A stretch of 64,000 bases of DNA. Origin: Octopus vulgaris. Lineage: Eukaryota. The translations under genes and the position numbers were made by a program. Below, in pieces: positions 26,997 through 39,489 of this stretch. The notes below the pieces were generated by a model that did not search any database, was not told where the DNA came from, and saw only the letters and a list, made by a program, of their open reading frames with translations. Location of the stretch: contig OX597815.1 of assembly GCA_951406725.2 (NCBI GenBank), positions 20,460,001 through 20,524,000 on the forward strand, given 5' to 3'. How positions within the stretch are numbered: position 1 is the stretch's first letter; the number at the start of each line of letters is the position of its first letter.

Positions 26997-27423
26997 AGCA
27001 AAACGTCCCCCGTCCAATGGACGGTGCTGAGTTGTCAAACATTTAAACCAAATTTTCTCAAAACAACTTGTCCGACCGTCTCATAGTCTTCCCCTTTGAG
27101 ATACACTGATTTAACCTAAATTTGAGCCACCAGCAAAAGAAGAAATAAAGATAGACTTTTTTCTATTCCAAAGAAAAACGATTTTATTCACACAAATATG
27201 CAACCGAAGAGTTTAAAGTACGAGTAATGATAAGGCTGTTGACTGGGAGAACGGCTTTATTGATCGCATTCTCACCTGGAATCGATTTTTGTAATTTTTT
27301 CAAGACTTATACACGCCCTGATACCATCGGTATCTACATATCAAATTTGAGCGCAATCGGGTGGAGGATGCCCGAGATCCTATAAGACAGACAGACAGAA
27401 AGAACGGATTTTATATAATAGAT
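26995..27423 (+). mobile_element. Non-autonomous Helitron-like repeat (family H2)
   Basis: 5' hairpin ccgtccaatggacgg, 3' end gacagacaga...ttttatataatagat; second copy at 38013. Confidence 0.55.
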
Positions 27424-27508
27424 GATGGCTGTTCATTCATGACCGAGGAAAACTATCACTGACCATTTCCCACACAAAATGAGCAACAATACCCGTGCAT
27501 AAGTTTAA

Positions 27509-27579
27509 TGCACCAGCAATTGGCTTCACCAGGGTTCGCATCCGCGCCTTCCATGCTCACTACAGTGCCCTCCTACTCG
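27509..27579 (-). pseudogene. Possible decayed 28S rRNA fragment
   Basis: tgcaccagc...ggcttcaccaggg...gctcactacagtgccctcctactcg resembles the antisense of a conserved 28S segment (from recall). Confidence 0.4.
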
Positions 27580-28119
27580 ATCCAACATCGGATAGTCTCC
27601 TCGCTGGCATTTGCACAACTTAAAATTTTAAGGTTCAATAAATCTTGCACAGTATCTCATAGACTCTGTCCACTCTACTGATATGATCCCGAGACAAGCC
27701 AGGGCAAGATATCCGGTAACAATAGCAGTCGCAGGCTCAGGAATGTGCGAGTGACATCATCTCAAGCTCAAGCAAAAAATTCCCAAAATGTTCATTGCCA
27801 TCCTCTGCATATCTGGTTTTATATCAGAGTGACCGTTTCCTGGATATCACTACATTCTGGGTGTTCGCATTAAATTTGAAGATATTTTATATCTCTTTTA
27901 CTTTTCCAGGAACAGCTTCATGTATTACTGAACAGTCCACGGCGTTGAAGAGTATAAAGATTAAAGTTGTAGTTAGCTGATATGCAGTGCTGGAAGCCAT
28001 CTGAATACTGGAAAAGAGTTATCTGTATCATAATGATTCGTACCCAGTATCAAAATACCGATATTGTGATTGCTACTCAATGATCTGTGAACACTGTGAA
28101 GGCGGTAAGACGTGACATG

Positions 28120-28270
28120 GACATGTCCCACGCATCATGAAAACCAAGTTCCCCAAACTTTGATGGTTTTTGGGTATGTCTCCAGTGAGGGTGACGTTAT
28201 GCGGCCCCACATCTTTGATCAGAACCTTAAGCTCAATTCTGACGGCTATGTGAAGCTCCTGGAGACTGGC
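28120..28270 (+). pseudogene. maT/DD37D-like transposase fragment
   Basis: PRIMKTKFP.TLMVFGYVSSEGDVMRPHIFDQNLKLNSDGYVKLLET, homologous to the 13993-15187 element. Confidence 0.7.
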
Positions 28271-28549
28271 CAATCTGGGTTATGATGGAGGCGATGTATA
28301 AAAACGACTTTATTAGCAATAATAAGCACAAGCACGCACACATTTTAACAAAAGAAAATAGTAACCATTTCGTTTTCTAACGCTTCTGGTAACACTAAGA
28401 AACTTTGAATGGAAGAAAATGTAACCGATTCAGGCGTTTTAAGCCACAATTAATTATTCTGAACGTTGCCACAATACAGACCATTTGCATACATGCATAC
28501 GTACGTACATACATACATACATACATACATACATACATACATACATACA

Positions 28550-28580
<31 letters not shown>

Positions 28581-28686
28581 TGTCAATTCAGAAAAACTGA
28601 GAAAAAGAAAAAGAAAACCAAACGGACGTGTGAAAGTAGCGCAAACAATGTATTAATAAGACGCTCAGAGAAGGGAAAGAGTAGTA

Positions 28687-28720
28687 GCTTTACGTTTCGA
28701 GCATAGATCTTCTTCGGAAA
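28687..28720 (-). ncRNA. Minimal hammerhead motif (CCGAAGA variant) in a PLE-like tail at about 28580-28800
   Basis: ttt-CCGAAGA-a-gatc/tat/gctc-GAAA-cg-TA-aag; tail similar to 38457-38520. Confidence 0.55.
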
Positions 28721-28792
28721 TGGGAAAAAAACAGGAAAGTCCAAGACGAAGGAGGAAAAAAACTCCGCCAACAATCACGTGCGGTTTCATAA

Positions 28793-28865
<73 letters not shown>

Positions 28866-29099
28866 CATATTTAGCAGAAAAGGATAAATTTAACATGTAC
28901 AGTTCATATTTTAATTATATTTGACAGCTGTTTCACTAAGGTAAACATCACCAAATGTGTAATTACATAACTGTGATACACAATTAAATTAAATACCGTT
29001 GGCGATGCGAAATTAAAGCTTTCTTATGTATTAGTCCAAAGCTCCGTGGGCTTCCAAGGGTTTCCCAAACTTTAATTTACCTCTGATAAACCTTACTTG

Positions 29100-29913
29100 C
29101 CAACAGCTTCCAAGAAGTCTCTAACTAGATAAATCTAGTGTCAGAGACTTTTTGGAAGAAGTTCAGCATAATGGAAACTGTGGATGACGTAGCTGACTAA
29201 ATGGAATGTAATAAGAGCCTCAACACCTAGAATGGTGCTTAGAAGAATACGGTCTGACTGTATCCGTGGCCTTACAAGTTTTCAGAAGCAGAAAATCTAC
29301 ACCAAATTCAGAAAACTATTGTGACACTTGCATAATATATAGCGTTTGAAGAAATCATAGAGGATGATGGGGTTCAGTTGCTAGCGGTTCATAGAGAAAG
29401 TAATGTCTGACGAGGAATTGATGTTGTTAGAACAAGAGTAAGTTGAGAATACAAATGAGAATACGGAAATTCCATCAACTCCATTTAAATTGATTGCGAA
29501 GAGTATTGCCAAAGCGTTGGCACTTATGGAGGAAAACCTGCAAGTTTTTGATGATAGCAGCTCTAATCCTGAACGTAACATAAAAATTACGATAGCACAC
29601 AATGAGCTCAGCTCCTACCCTGAGCTGCACAAAGAGATGATGTGCCAAAACATCGAACAATTTTGGATGAATTCTTCGCTTCTCAAGATGTTGATGATGT
29701 TGAACTATAAAATGGAAGGTAGTGTCCCTCATCTTTCGAGTAACTCTCATTCCGCTATCATCATCCCGCACATTGTAGTCAACATCTTTTTCCCATTGGA
29801 ACTCACGATCACTTTATAACATGAAAATCAATAGGAAAATTAATTATGCGTTTCGGAACTTCGCGTTACAAGTTTTTCACAAACTCATTACTCCCGTAAC
29901 GCAGGGTTTCCTG
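29100..29913 (+). mobile_element. Tigger/pogo-like transposon 3' remnant
   Basis: IQKTIVTLA..IAFEEIIEDDGVQLL...MSDEELMLLEQE...PERNIKI...YPELHKE C-terminus; TIR-like end cccgtaacgcagggtttcctg. Confidence 0.6.
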
Positions 29914-30365
29914 CAGTTCACTTAATAGCGACTTAATCCAGAAGTAATGTCAGGCAGATAATGTAAATGGTTTATAATTCTCAAAAGAAAAAGAAAAAAA
30001 AAAACACACTGGTGGGATCAGCTTTTAATTTCGATTTCATGGCATCATCAATCAAAATCTATAACCATGGATGCACAAGAAACACAACATCTTCCCTCCA
30101 TCTTCTGTGGTTATCAGCCATCTTAAGTTTTCTCTTATCTTCTGTCCTGTCCATTCATTAATGAGACTAAACCATTCACTTCGTTTGCTTCCTATTTCTA
30201 TTCTATTATGGACTGTCCGTACAAGCTCATGCTCACCAGAGTTAAGATGTCATCGTATCGTGTCAAATCTGACCAAACTATTTAATTTCCGTCTTTTGTC
30301 AATTGACAAAAGAGGTTTTTGGTTCTCAACGTCTTTCTAAAAACTCGTTTGTTCAATTTTCCGTT

Positions 30366-30758
30366 TACTCTCTCTTTTACTTGTTTCAGTCATTTGACTG
30401 CGGCCATGCTGGAGCACCGCCTTTAGTCGAGCAAATCGACCCCGGGACTTATTCTATCGGTCTGTTTTGCCGAACCGCTAAGTGACGGGGACGTAAACAC
30501 ACCAGCATCGGTTGTCAAGCAATGCTAGGGGGACAAACACAGACACACAAACACACACACACACATACATACATATATATATATATATACATATATACGA
30601 CAGGCTTCTTTCAATTTCCGTCAACCAAATCCACTCACAAGGCATTGGTCGGCCCGGGGCTATAGCAGAAGACACTTGCCCAAGATGTCACGCAGTGGGA
30701 CTGAACCCGGAACCATGTGGTTGGTTAGCAAGCTACTTACCACACAGCCATTTCTGCG
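30366..30758 (-). mobile_element. SINE family S2
   Basis: Reverse complement of the S2 consensus. Confidence 0.85.
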
Positions 30759-30961
30759 CTTGTGGAATAATAAACATTTTCTATAAGATTTCATTTCAAA
30801 AGCTATGATCCCTTTTCTCACTTTCAGCACCCATCCTCTAAAATTCGCAATCCTTAAAGAACAGATGAAATCCCTATTGCTTTTTAAAAATTAATTTTTG
30901 TTGTAATATATTTTTGTTTTTCCAAACAAGGTTTCATTTTACTACAGTCGCTGTAGCTGCT

Positions 30962-31317
30962 GCTGTTGCTGTTGCTACTGTTGCGCGTTCCGGTCCGAGC
31001 GGTCCTTTGCCATTCGTAAGACCCACAGAAGAGAAAGCAAGTCAACCCCCGACACCGAGAGCATCGACGGATGGATGAATGCGTATCCAGGCTCAGCGGT
31101 TGCGTAGGAAGTCGGGGACAAGAACCAAGAAGAAAGAGTGAGAGTAAGTTGGGGCGAAAGAGTACAACATGGGGTCGCCACCACCCCCTGCCGGAGCCTC
31201 GTGGAGCTTTAGGTGTTTTTGCTCAATAAACACACACAACACCCGGTCTGGGAATCGAAACCCCGATCCTCCGACCGCGACTCCGCTGCCCTAACCACTG
31301 GGCCATTGCGCCTCCAC
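30962..31317 (-). mobile_element. tRNA-derived SINE S4, tail type 1
   Basis: Head gtggaggcgcaatggcccagtggttaggg...ggtttcgattccc; ends in CAA/CAG repeats. Confidence 0.75.
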
Positions 31318-32180
31318 CGCTGTAAGCTGCTGTATTCTGCCCGGTTCTTTATTTTATTATTTCCTCTCTGTCTTTCATCTTACATTATTTCCTTTCCTAA
31401 TATTTAAACAAATAGACTTGTTTGAGCGTCTTTCTTTCTATTTCAATTAGCTTTGCTCTTTCCTTTTGCCCATACAGTGCGAGACGGCGCTGGTGCGAAG
31501 CTATATACATTCTTGCCTTTCCTTTGGATAAAAATCGGTGTCGAGAGTGGACGTGCATGCATAAGATGCATAAGTAACTGCTGGTTTTAACAACAACAAC
31601 AACAAAAAAAAAACTCGCTCAGGTCTGTGCCCTGATGAGGAACTTACTGCATTCAGACGCAATCTTGCGAGACATTCGGACCTTCCCCAGCAGTTATCCT
31701 TAAATTGACTTCCTCTTTTCCAGCTTTTATTTTCATTCCAAATTTTAAGACGTGCTGTTCTTATATCTTTAGATTCTGCATTATGTCCTTTTTAATAAAT
31801 ATCATCGTCAAATCTGTGAACAGGAGTTAGGGTGTTCTCGAAATATTGCCTTTAAAGGAGTTAAGGTCTTCTGTCATAATGTACGAGTTTTTCCATAAAA
31901 ACGTATTCTTTGTACGTATTCTATAAAAGCAATGGCGAAATGGTCACGGCTTGATGCCTTACATTTTTCTTTTTATCTAAAAAAAATTTATATCGTATTC
32001 TATGAACAATAGCTTCATTGCCCGCAGGTTTCTGTGAACCAACGAATGGCTTAGCAAATTTGTGATGACGGCGAAGTGGTAAGGGGTTTTCTGTGCGAAT
32101 CAGGCAGAACAAATATCACCAGTTTATCGGTTTTCTCATTGATGTATATCACCGAAAGACAGACAGACCCTCACACACAC

Positions 32181-32215
<35 letters not shown>

Positions 32216-32947
32216 TCTCCCACACATCTCTATGCGACAAGCTTCCACAGATTTTCTAACAAATTCCACTCACAAAGCGTTGGTTAACTCGAAGTTACAG
32301 AAGACAATTGCCTGAGGTGCTGCGCAGTGACTTCTTTGCAAAACGTAATCACAAAACGAATTTCTTAGCTTCACAGATCTGCCTGCGCTCCTTGTCCTTA
32401 AAAGCACACCGGAAGGTCTGTAATGGATTCGAACTCATAGTCAATGAATTAGTAATCCAGATTTTTTAATGCGTTCGGTCATATCTACTAAGTTATGTAA
32501 ATCACATCTTAAATGTAAACCTGGTTATCGATCCACTCTTGGCTATCGATAAACTTGTTTAGAATTTCAAAATCTTAATTTCTTTAATTCCAAGTAACAC
32601 TGCTATATGTCTTAAGCTATAATCCCATAATGGGATTACGTGTGTTGCATTCGTCTTTACATGTCAAGTGAACTGCAGATCCGAATCAGTTTTACATTTG
32701 TTGTTAGCCTTTAAATTAAATTTCTAGATGATGTAAAACATCTACAAAGCCACAGAAATTTGTCGGTCTGTCACTTACGAGTTGTTGCCATCGTTGTTTA
32801 GCAATTGGTCAGCTCTGATCGAATTGACAAATGACAGGTTCAGCTTTGTGGTTTAGCAGCTTGCTTTGCAGTCATGCGGTTTCAGGTTTACTCGCACTGC
32901 GCGGCACCTTGGGGGAAAGTGTCTTGTACTATAGCCGACCAATAAAT

Positions 32948-33384
32948 ACTTATTTCTTTATTACCCACAAGGGGCTAAACACAGACGGGACAAACAAGGA
33001 CAGACATAGGTATTAATTCGATTACATCGACCCCAGTGCGTAACTGGTACTTAATTTATCGACCCCGAAAGGATGAGAGGCAAAGTCGACCCCGGCGGAA
33101 TTTGAACTCACAACGTAACGACAGACGAAATACCTATTTCTATTTCTTTATTACCCACAAGGGGCTAAACATAGAGGGGACAAACAAGGACAGACAAAGG
33201 TATTAATTTGATTACATCGACCCCAGTGCGTAACTGGTACTTAATTTATCGACCCCGAAAGGATGAAAGGCAAAGTCGACCCCGGCGGAATTTGAACTCA
33301 CAACGTAACGACAGACGAAATACCGCTAACGAAATACCGACAGACGAAATACCGGCGTGCTAACGATTCTGCCAGTTCGCCGCC
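32948..33384 (-). mobile_element. Meta-like SINE S1 with tandem 3' duplication
   Basis: Two copies of core and tail behind one head. Confidence 0.85.
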
Positions 33385-33399
33385 ATAAGAAAGCGAGAT

Positions 33400-33471
33400 T
33401 GCCGTGACCAGGATTCGAACCTGGGTTACCACGGGCACAACGTGGGGTCCTAACCACTAGACGATCACGGC
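33400..33471 (-). tRNA. trnH-GTG: tRNA-His(GTG) with atypical C37
   Basis: GCCGTGATCGTCTAGTGGTTAGGACCCCACGTTGTGCCCGTGGTAACCCAGGTTCGAATCCTGGTCACGGCA gives a complete cloverleaf with intact A and B boxes. Confidence 0.92.
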
Positions 33472-33524
33472 CATCCGTCAAACTACGACAAATAAATCCA
33501 AATATGGATGACGGAAACTATATA

Positions 33525-33939
33525 TTTACTCTTTTACTTGTTTCAGTCATTTGACTGTGGCCATGCTGGAGCACCGCCTTTAGTCGAGCAAATCGACCCT
33601 AGGACTTATTCTTTGTAAGCCTAGTATTTATTCTATCGGTCTCTTTTGCCGAACCGCTAAGCCACGGGGACGTAAACACACCACCATCGGTTGTCAAGCG
33701 ATGATGAGAGGAGGTGGTGGACAAACGCAAACACATAAACACACACACACATACATATATACATATATACATATATACGACAGGCTTCTTTCAGTTTCCG
33801 TCTACCAAATCCACTCACAAGGCTTTGGTTGGCCCGAGGCTATAGTAGAAGACACTTGCTCAAGGTGCCATGCAGTGGGACTGAACCCGGAACCATGTGG
33901 TTGGTAAGCAAGATACTTACCACACAGCCACTCCTGCGC
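33525..33939 (-). mobile_element. SINE family S2
   Basis: Reverse complement of the S2 consensus; a further 3'-half copy lies on the plus strand at about 33990-34200. Confidence 0.85.
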
Positions 33940-34563
33940 ATATATATATATATGGTGTGTGTATGTGTGTGTGTATGTGTGTGTGTACGTGTGCGTGTGC
34001 TTGTCATCCACCACAACGTGACAACCAGTGTTGTTTTGTTTACGTCACCGTAACTTAGCGATTCGGCAAAAGAGACGATAAAATAAGTACCAAACTTAGA
34101 AAATTAGTCCTGGAGTCATTTTGTTCGACTGAATCCTTCAAGGCAATGCCCCAGTATGGCCACAGACTAATGACTGAAACTGGTAAAAGATAAAAGATAT
34201 ATCAGGCTTCTACATTGTCCAACGTCTCTTTTATTCAAAACAGAATGGCGTGATTTGAGGGGTATTCGTTTGCTATTTCGAGCAGAAGAAGTGACCATGC
34301 AGAGACTCCCTGCCTACTGTCGTTGATGTCGCCGTCTTTAGCGTTTACCTGGCTGAATAGACCTGCGATCAGAAGTCATTGAAACCTTAACTTTAGTTTA
34401 GGTGTGACGTATGCAGAACTATTTTATCCTGGATGTACTTCTCTCCTTTAAGACAATAGGTTGTACTATAAGGGATATTTGGCTGCTATACATACATACA
34501 TACATACATACATACATACATACATACATACATACATACATACATACATACATACATACATAC

Positions 34564-34953
34564 ATGGTGGAAGCACTCCGTCGGTTACGACGATGAGGGT
34601 TCCGGTTGATCCGAATCAACGGAACAGCCTGCTCGTGAAATTAACGTGTAAGTGGCTGAGCACTCCACAGACACGTGTACCCTTAACGCAGTTCTCGGGG
34701 ATATTCAGCATGACACAGAGAGTGACAAGGCCGGCCCCTTGAAATACAGGTACAACAGAAACAGGAAGTAAGAGTGAGAGAAAGTTGTGGTGAAAGAGTA
34801 CAGCAGGGATCATCACCATCCCCTGCCGGAGCCTCGTGGAGCTTTTAGGTGTTTTGGCTCAATAAACACTCACAACGCCCGGTCTGGGAATCGAAACCGC
34901 GATCCTATGACCTGGAGTCCGCTGCCCTAACAACTGGGCCATTGCGCCTCCAC
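34564..34953 (-). mobile_element. tRNA-derived SINE S4, tail type 2
   Basis: Same head as 31317; tail matches 13740-13920. Confidence 0.8.
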
Positions 34954-35046
34954 TATACATACATACATACATACATACATACATACATACATACATACCA
35001 GAGTAAGCACATGAATGCGAAACAAGGTGGACAGCAAAAATATCAC

Positions 35047-35093
35047 AAAAGCTATCACTCAGAGTTTCAAATTCCCGTTCGTCAGACAGTTTT
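35047..35093 (-). ncRNA. Minimal hammerhead motif with a canonical core but a G at the cleavage position, probably inactive
   Basis: aaaactgt-CTGACGA-acgggaattt-GAAA-ctctgag-TG-atagctttt. Confidence 0.6.
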
Positions 35094-35103
35094 GTTCCTA
35101 CAC

Positions 35104-35149
35104 AAAACTGTCCGAAGAACGGGAACGTGAAACTCTGAGTAATATTTTT
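35104..35149 (+). ncRNA. Minimal hammerhead motif (CCGAAGA variant, GUA site)
   Basis: aaaactgt-CCGAAGA-acg/ggaa/cgt-GAAA-ctctgag-TA-atattttt. Confidence 0.7.
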
Positions 35150-35193
35150 GTGATATTTTTGCTGCTTTGTAATAATACATACATATATACATG

Positions 35194-35266
<73 letters not shown>

Positions 35267-35576
35267 GTGGAGGCGCAATGGCCCAGTGGTTGGGGCAGCG
35301 AACTCGCGGTTGTAAGATCGCGTTTTCGATTCCCAGACCGGGCTTTGTGAGTGTTTATTGAGCGAAAACACCTAAAAGCTCCACCAGGCTCCGGCAGTGG
35401 TTGGTGCCGATCCCTGCTGTACTCTTTCGCTACAACTTTCACTCTTTCTTCTGTTGGCCTGCTCGCTTAGCCAGTGCGGTGGCGTCATTTGAAGGCTAAA
35501 ACAATGCGAAGCGCAATGTGACCAGCGATGTGTAGCAACATCTGATAGCCTGGTCGGTCACAGTGATCACAGTGAT
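35267..35576 (+). mobile_element. tRNA-derived SINE S4, tail type 3
   Basis: Same head and body as 31317 and 34953; unrelated tail ending cacagtgatcacagtga(ta)n. Confidence 0.75.
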
Positions 35577-35586
35577 ATATATATAT

Positions 35587-35891
35587 ACAAGCAGTATCGC
35601 CCGGCGTTGCTCGAGTTTGTAAGGGAAATAACTATATAAGCATTTTTAGAGAGTTACTTCCCTTATATAAAACCGAGCGAGAAATGGATTAAAAATGGGG
35701 AAAAATGATGGTAAATTTTTTTTTTAATCGTAGACTCATCGTAGACGCGCGCTAATACCCAGAAGGGCTCGGTATGAATCACGACTATAAGATACCCGCT
35801 TTTGGTTAAACTGCACCGCAAAATGTGGGAGTAGTTAGGAATCTAAATCGAAGGGGACAGACACACAACTACAGTTTTATATATAAAGAAG

Positions 35892-35893
<2 letters not shown>
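35587..35893 (+). mobile_element. Non-autonomous Helitron-like repeat (family H1)
   Basis: ac.agcagtatcgcccggcgttgctcg...gacagacacacaact...ttttatatataaagaagat; copy at 40206. Confidence 0.6.
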
Positions 35894-35984
<91 letters not shown>

Positions 35985-36526
35985 CATACATACATATCTG
36001 TGTGTGTGTGTGAAGACATGTCTGAGAGGTTAAGAAGTTTATTTTGCAATCATGGGATACACGGTTCAATCGTACTGTGTGGTATCTTAGGTAAGTATCA
36101 GTACCAATACTCCGTATTCACCTAGATCTTATGAGTGAAAATTGGTCGACGGAAACTGTCTCGAATCCGACTGACGGATTTCACCTGTAATTCAAATATC
36201 TAGTTTGTCATTCTTGTGTCACTTTGATTCTTCAAGAGAGTTATGTTATGGGCACATATGACTGAGGAATACTCAACCACTTCGCACTCTAATTCAATGA
36301 GTAAAAAGTTCAGTTGTTCAATCAACTAGATATATGCTTCGAAATTGACAGGAGTGTGTTTATGTGTGTGTGTTTGTGTGTGTGTGTTTGTGTGTGTGTC
36401 TGTGTGTATATGTGTGTGTTTGCGCGTTTTTGCGTGTTTGTTAGTATATATGTATATATATATATGTATATATGTATCTATCTGCATAGACGTGTAAACG
36501 TGGATATATATACATACATACATACA

Positions 36527-36620
<94 letters not shown>

Positions 36621-36684
36621 AATGTGTGTGTACGTATAAATATATATATTTGTATGTATATGTATATTTATATATATTTGTATG

Positions 36685-36730
<46 letters not shown>

Positions 36731-37250
36731 CATACATACATACATACACGTGTATATAAATATATATATTTATATATACACGTGTTTGTATTTATGTATG
36801 TATATATACTGACGAATAATGTCTTATCTAAAAACAAAAGAATAAAAAAAAGACGCAATTTCCTGGTGTAGTAAGTTTGTAGCCATACATGTAGTCACAG
36901 TTGAGAATACGAAAGTTTATCTTGCAAAAAAAAATTAAGAGAAATAGAAAAAAAAAAGGGAAAAGCAAAAGCTAATAAAACAAACAAAATACAAAGGAAA
37001 ATACGCCAAACAAAAAAACCGGACAAAAAGACAATTCATCACATTAACTTGGAGGTGAAAAAAATATATGACTGCTTATCTCTGCTGAGAAAGATTTCTC
37101 TATCTGTTATCTGTTACATACATACATACATACATATTTACGTATTTATTTAGTATATGCATACGTATATATATATATATACATACATATATATATATAT
37201 ACATATACATATACATATATATATATACATATATATACATATATATATAT

Positions 37251-37303
<53 letters not shown>

Positions 37304-37317
37304 TATATATATAAAAA

Positions 37318-37349
<32 letters not shown>

Positions 37350-37606
37350 ATATATATACACATACATATATATATATACACATATATACATACATACATA
37401 GATACATACATACATACGTACATACATACATACATTCATACATACACACACACACACATATGTATATATATATATATATATATTATATCTGTATGTTATA
37501 TATGCATATATGTGTTATATATTTGTGGATAAAATATGCACTCACGTTTCTAACACAGCTAGGTATCTTTAAATCTGTCATGTATCGATATATATATATA
37601 TGTGTG

Positions 37607-37637
<31 letters not shown>

Positions 37638-37972
37638 CTGTGTGTGTGTAAGTTTCTATATACATAAACCCAATGAGACATGCGTACATTCGAACCTTAT
37701 GATAATGTATATATGTGGCTATATGAATTGGTTGGCGTGTGCATGTGCATGCGCGCGCGCGCGCGTGTGTTTGTAGGTTTTTTGTGAGTGTGTGTTTCTG
37801 CATGTACTTGTACTCGTGTTCTGGGTGTACTTTATTTTTCTTTTTACGTGTATTTCATTCGTATATGTGGTTGCGTTCATATTTTCAGCTTAGGAACCTC
37901 CAATGGGGAATCTTTGGAATGTTTTACAAATTTTGACTCTATCTCTGATCGATTGTATCTGGAAAATATATG

Positions 37973-38012
<40 letters not shown>

Positions 38013-38014
<2 letters not shown>

Positions 38015-38400
38015 GAGCAAAACGCCCCCCACCGTCCAATTGACGGTGCTGAGTTGTCAAACATTTAAACCAAATTTTCTCAAAACAACTTGTCCGACCG
38101 TCCCATAGGCCTCCCCGTTGAGAAACACTGACTTAACCTAAATTTGAGACACAAGCAACAGAATAAATAAAGATAGACTTTTTTTTATTCCAAGAAAAAC
38201 GATTTTACAAATGCACGTTCCTACGGCTTTATCGATCGCATTCTCACCTGGAATCGATTTTTGTAATTTTTTCAAGACTTATACACGCCCTGATACCGTT
38301 GGTATCTACATATCAAATTTGAGCGCAATCGGACGGAGGATGCCTGAGATCCTTAGAAGACACACAGACAGACAGACAGAACGGATTTTATATAATATAT
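38013..38400 (+). mobile_element. Non-autonomous Helitron-like repeat (family H2)
   Basis: Homologous to 26995-27423. Confidence 0.55.
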
Positions 38401-38456
38401 ATATGTGACCTCTTTTTTCCTCTGTCTTCCCTTCTCGGGATCTTTCCTTCTCCTAT

Positions 38457-38491
38457 GTTTCCGACGAAGAGCTCCGCTCGAAACGTTAAAC
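38457..38491 (+). ncRNA. Minimal hammerhead motif (CCGACGA variant) in a PLE-like tail at about 38405-38815 that is interrupted by a SINE
   Basis: gttt-CCGACGA-a-gagc/tcc/gctc-GAAA-cg-TT-aaac; stems I and II are perfect and stem III is the palindrome ACGT. Confidence 0.7.
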
Positions 38492-38522
38492 CCTCCTTCT
38501 TCCCTTCTTTCCTGAGCGTCCA

Positions 38523-38746
38523 GAGCTGGCAGAAACGTTAGCACGCCGGGCGAAATGCGTAGCCGTATTTCGTCTGCCGGTACGTTCTGAGTTCAAATTC
38601 CGCCGAGGTCGACTTTGCCTTTCATCTTTTCGGGGTCGATAAATTAAGTACCAGTTACGCACTGGGATCGATGTAATCGACTTAATCCGTTTGTCTGTCC
38701 TTGTTTGTCCCCTCTGTGTTTAGCCCCTTGTGGGTAGTAAAGAAAT
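38523..38746 (+). mobile_element. Meta-like SINE S1, monomer
   Basis: Matches the S1 consensus. Confidence 0.85.
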
Positions 38747-38810
38747 AAATACTTTATTTGTTCCACGCCCTCGCGTTGTTGTGTTTTTTTGTGTTTTCTT
38801 GTTTGGATTA

Positions 38811-38917
<107 letters not shown>

Positions 38918-38985
38918 GAAAGAATTTTTTGCGTAATGAGATAAAAAATCCAAGGCTGTGTAGATATTAGAGCATTTATAGATAG

Positions 38986-39037
38986 GTCTTACAGCTGTTT
39001 CCAGGATATTTATTAATTATATCCCTTCATCGGAGAC
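38986..39037 (-). ncRNA. Minimal hammerhead motif (CCGATGA variant, GUA site)
   Basis: gtct-CCGATGA-a-gggatat/loop/atatcct-g-GAAA-cagctg-TA-agac; palindromic stem III ACAGCTGT. Confidence 0.7.
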
Positions 39038-39489
39038 GGTGTGAGAGGATGGTTAAGTCATAGTTTGTTTAGATGTGATACAAAATAGAGAGTGAGGTGG
39101 AGGAAAGAAAATAGATGCTATGCAGGGATATTGAAGTTGTAGATCCATTTTTTAGGCAGAATGGTATACATGCAATATTCCAATACCCAATGAATATGGT
39201 CTTTACTCATAGGGTATTAGAATATTACATATATACCAAGTAGCTTGCTTACTCACCACATGATTCTGGGTTCAGTCCCACTGCGTGGCATCTTGAGTAA
39301 GAGTCTTCTGCTATAGCCCGGGGCCAACCAAAGCCTTGTGAGTAAATTTGGTAGACGGAAACTGAAAAGGAGCCCGTCGTATATGTATTGCATTTGACTG
39401 CGACCATGCTGGAGCACCGCCTTTAGTCGAACAAATGGACCCCAGAACATATTCTTTGTACGCTTAGTACTTATTCTATCGACCTCTTT

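Larger units (their letters stand above)
35032..35164. repeat. Fold-back (imperfect palindrome) with a hammerhead motif on each strand
   Basis: cagcaaaaatatcacaaaa...gacagttttgt / acaaaactgtc...ttttgtgatatttttgctg. Confidence 0.85.

Noticed and set aside
31626-31690. CTGATGA followed by gcgagac
   Set aside because: No GAAA and no stems
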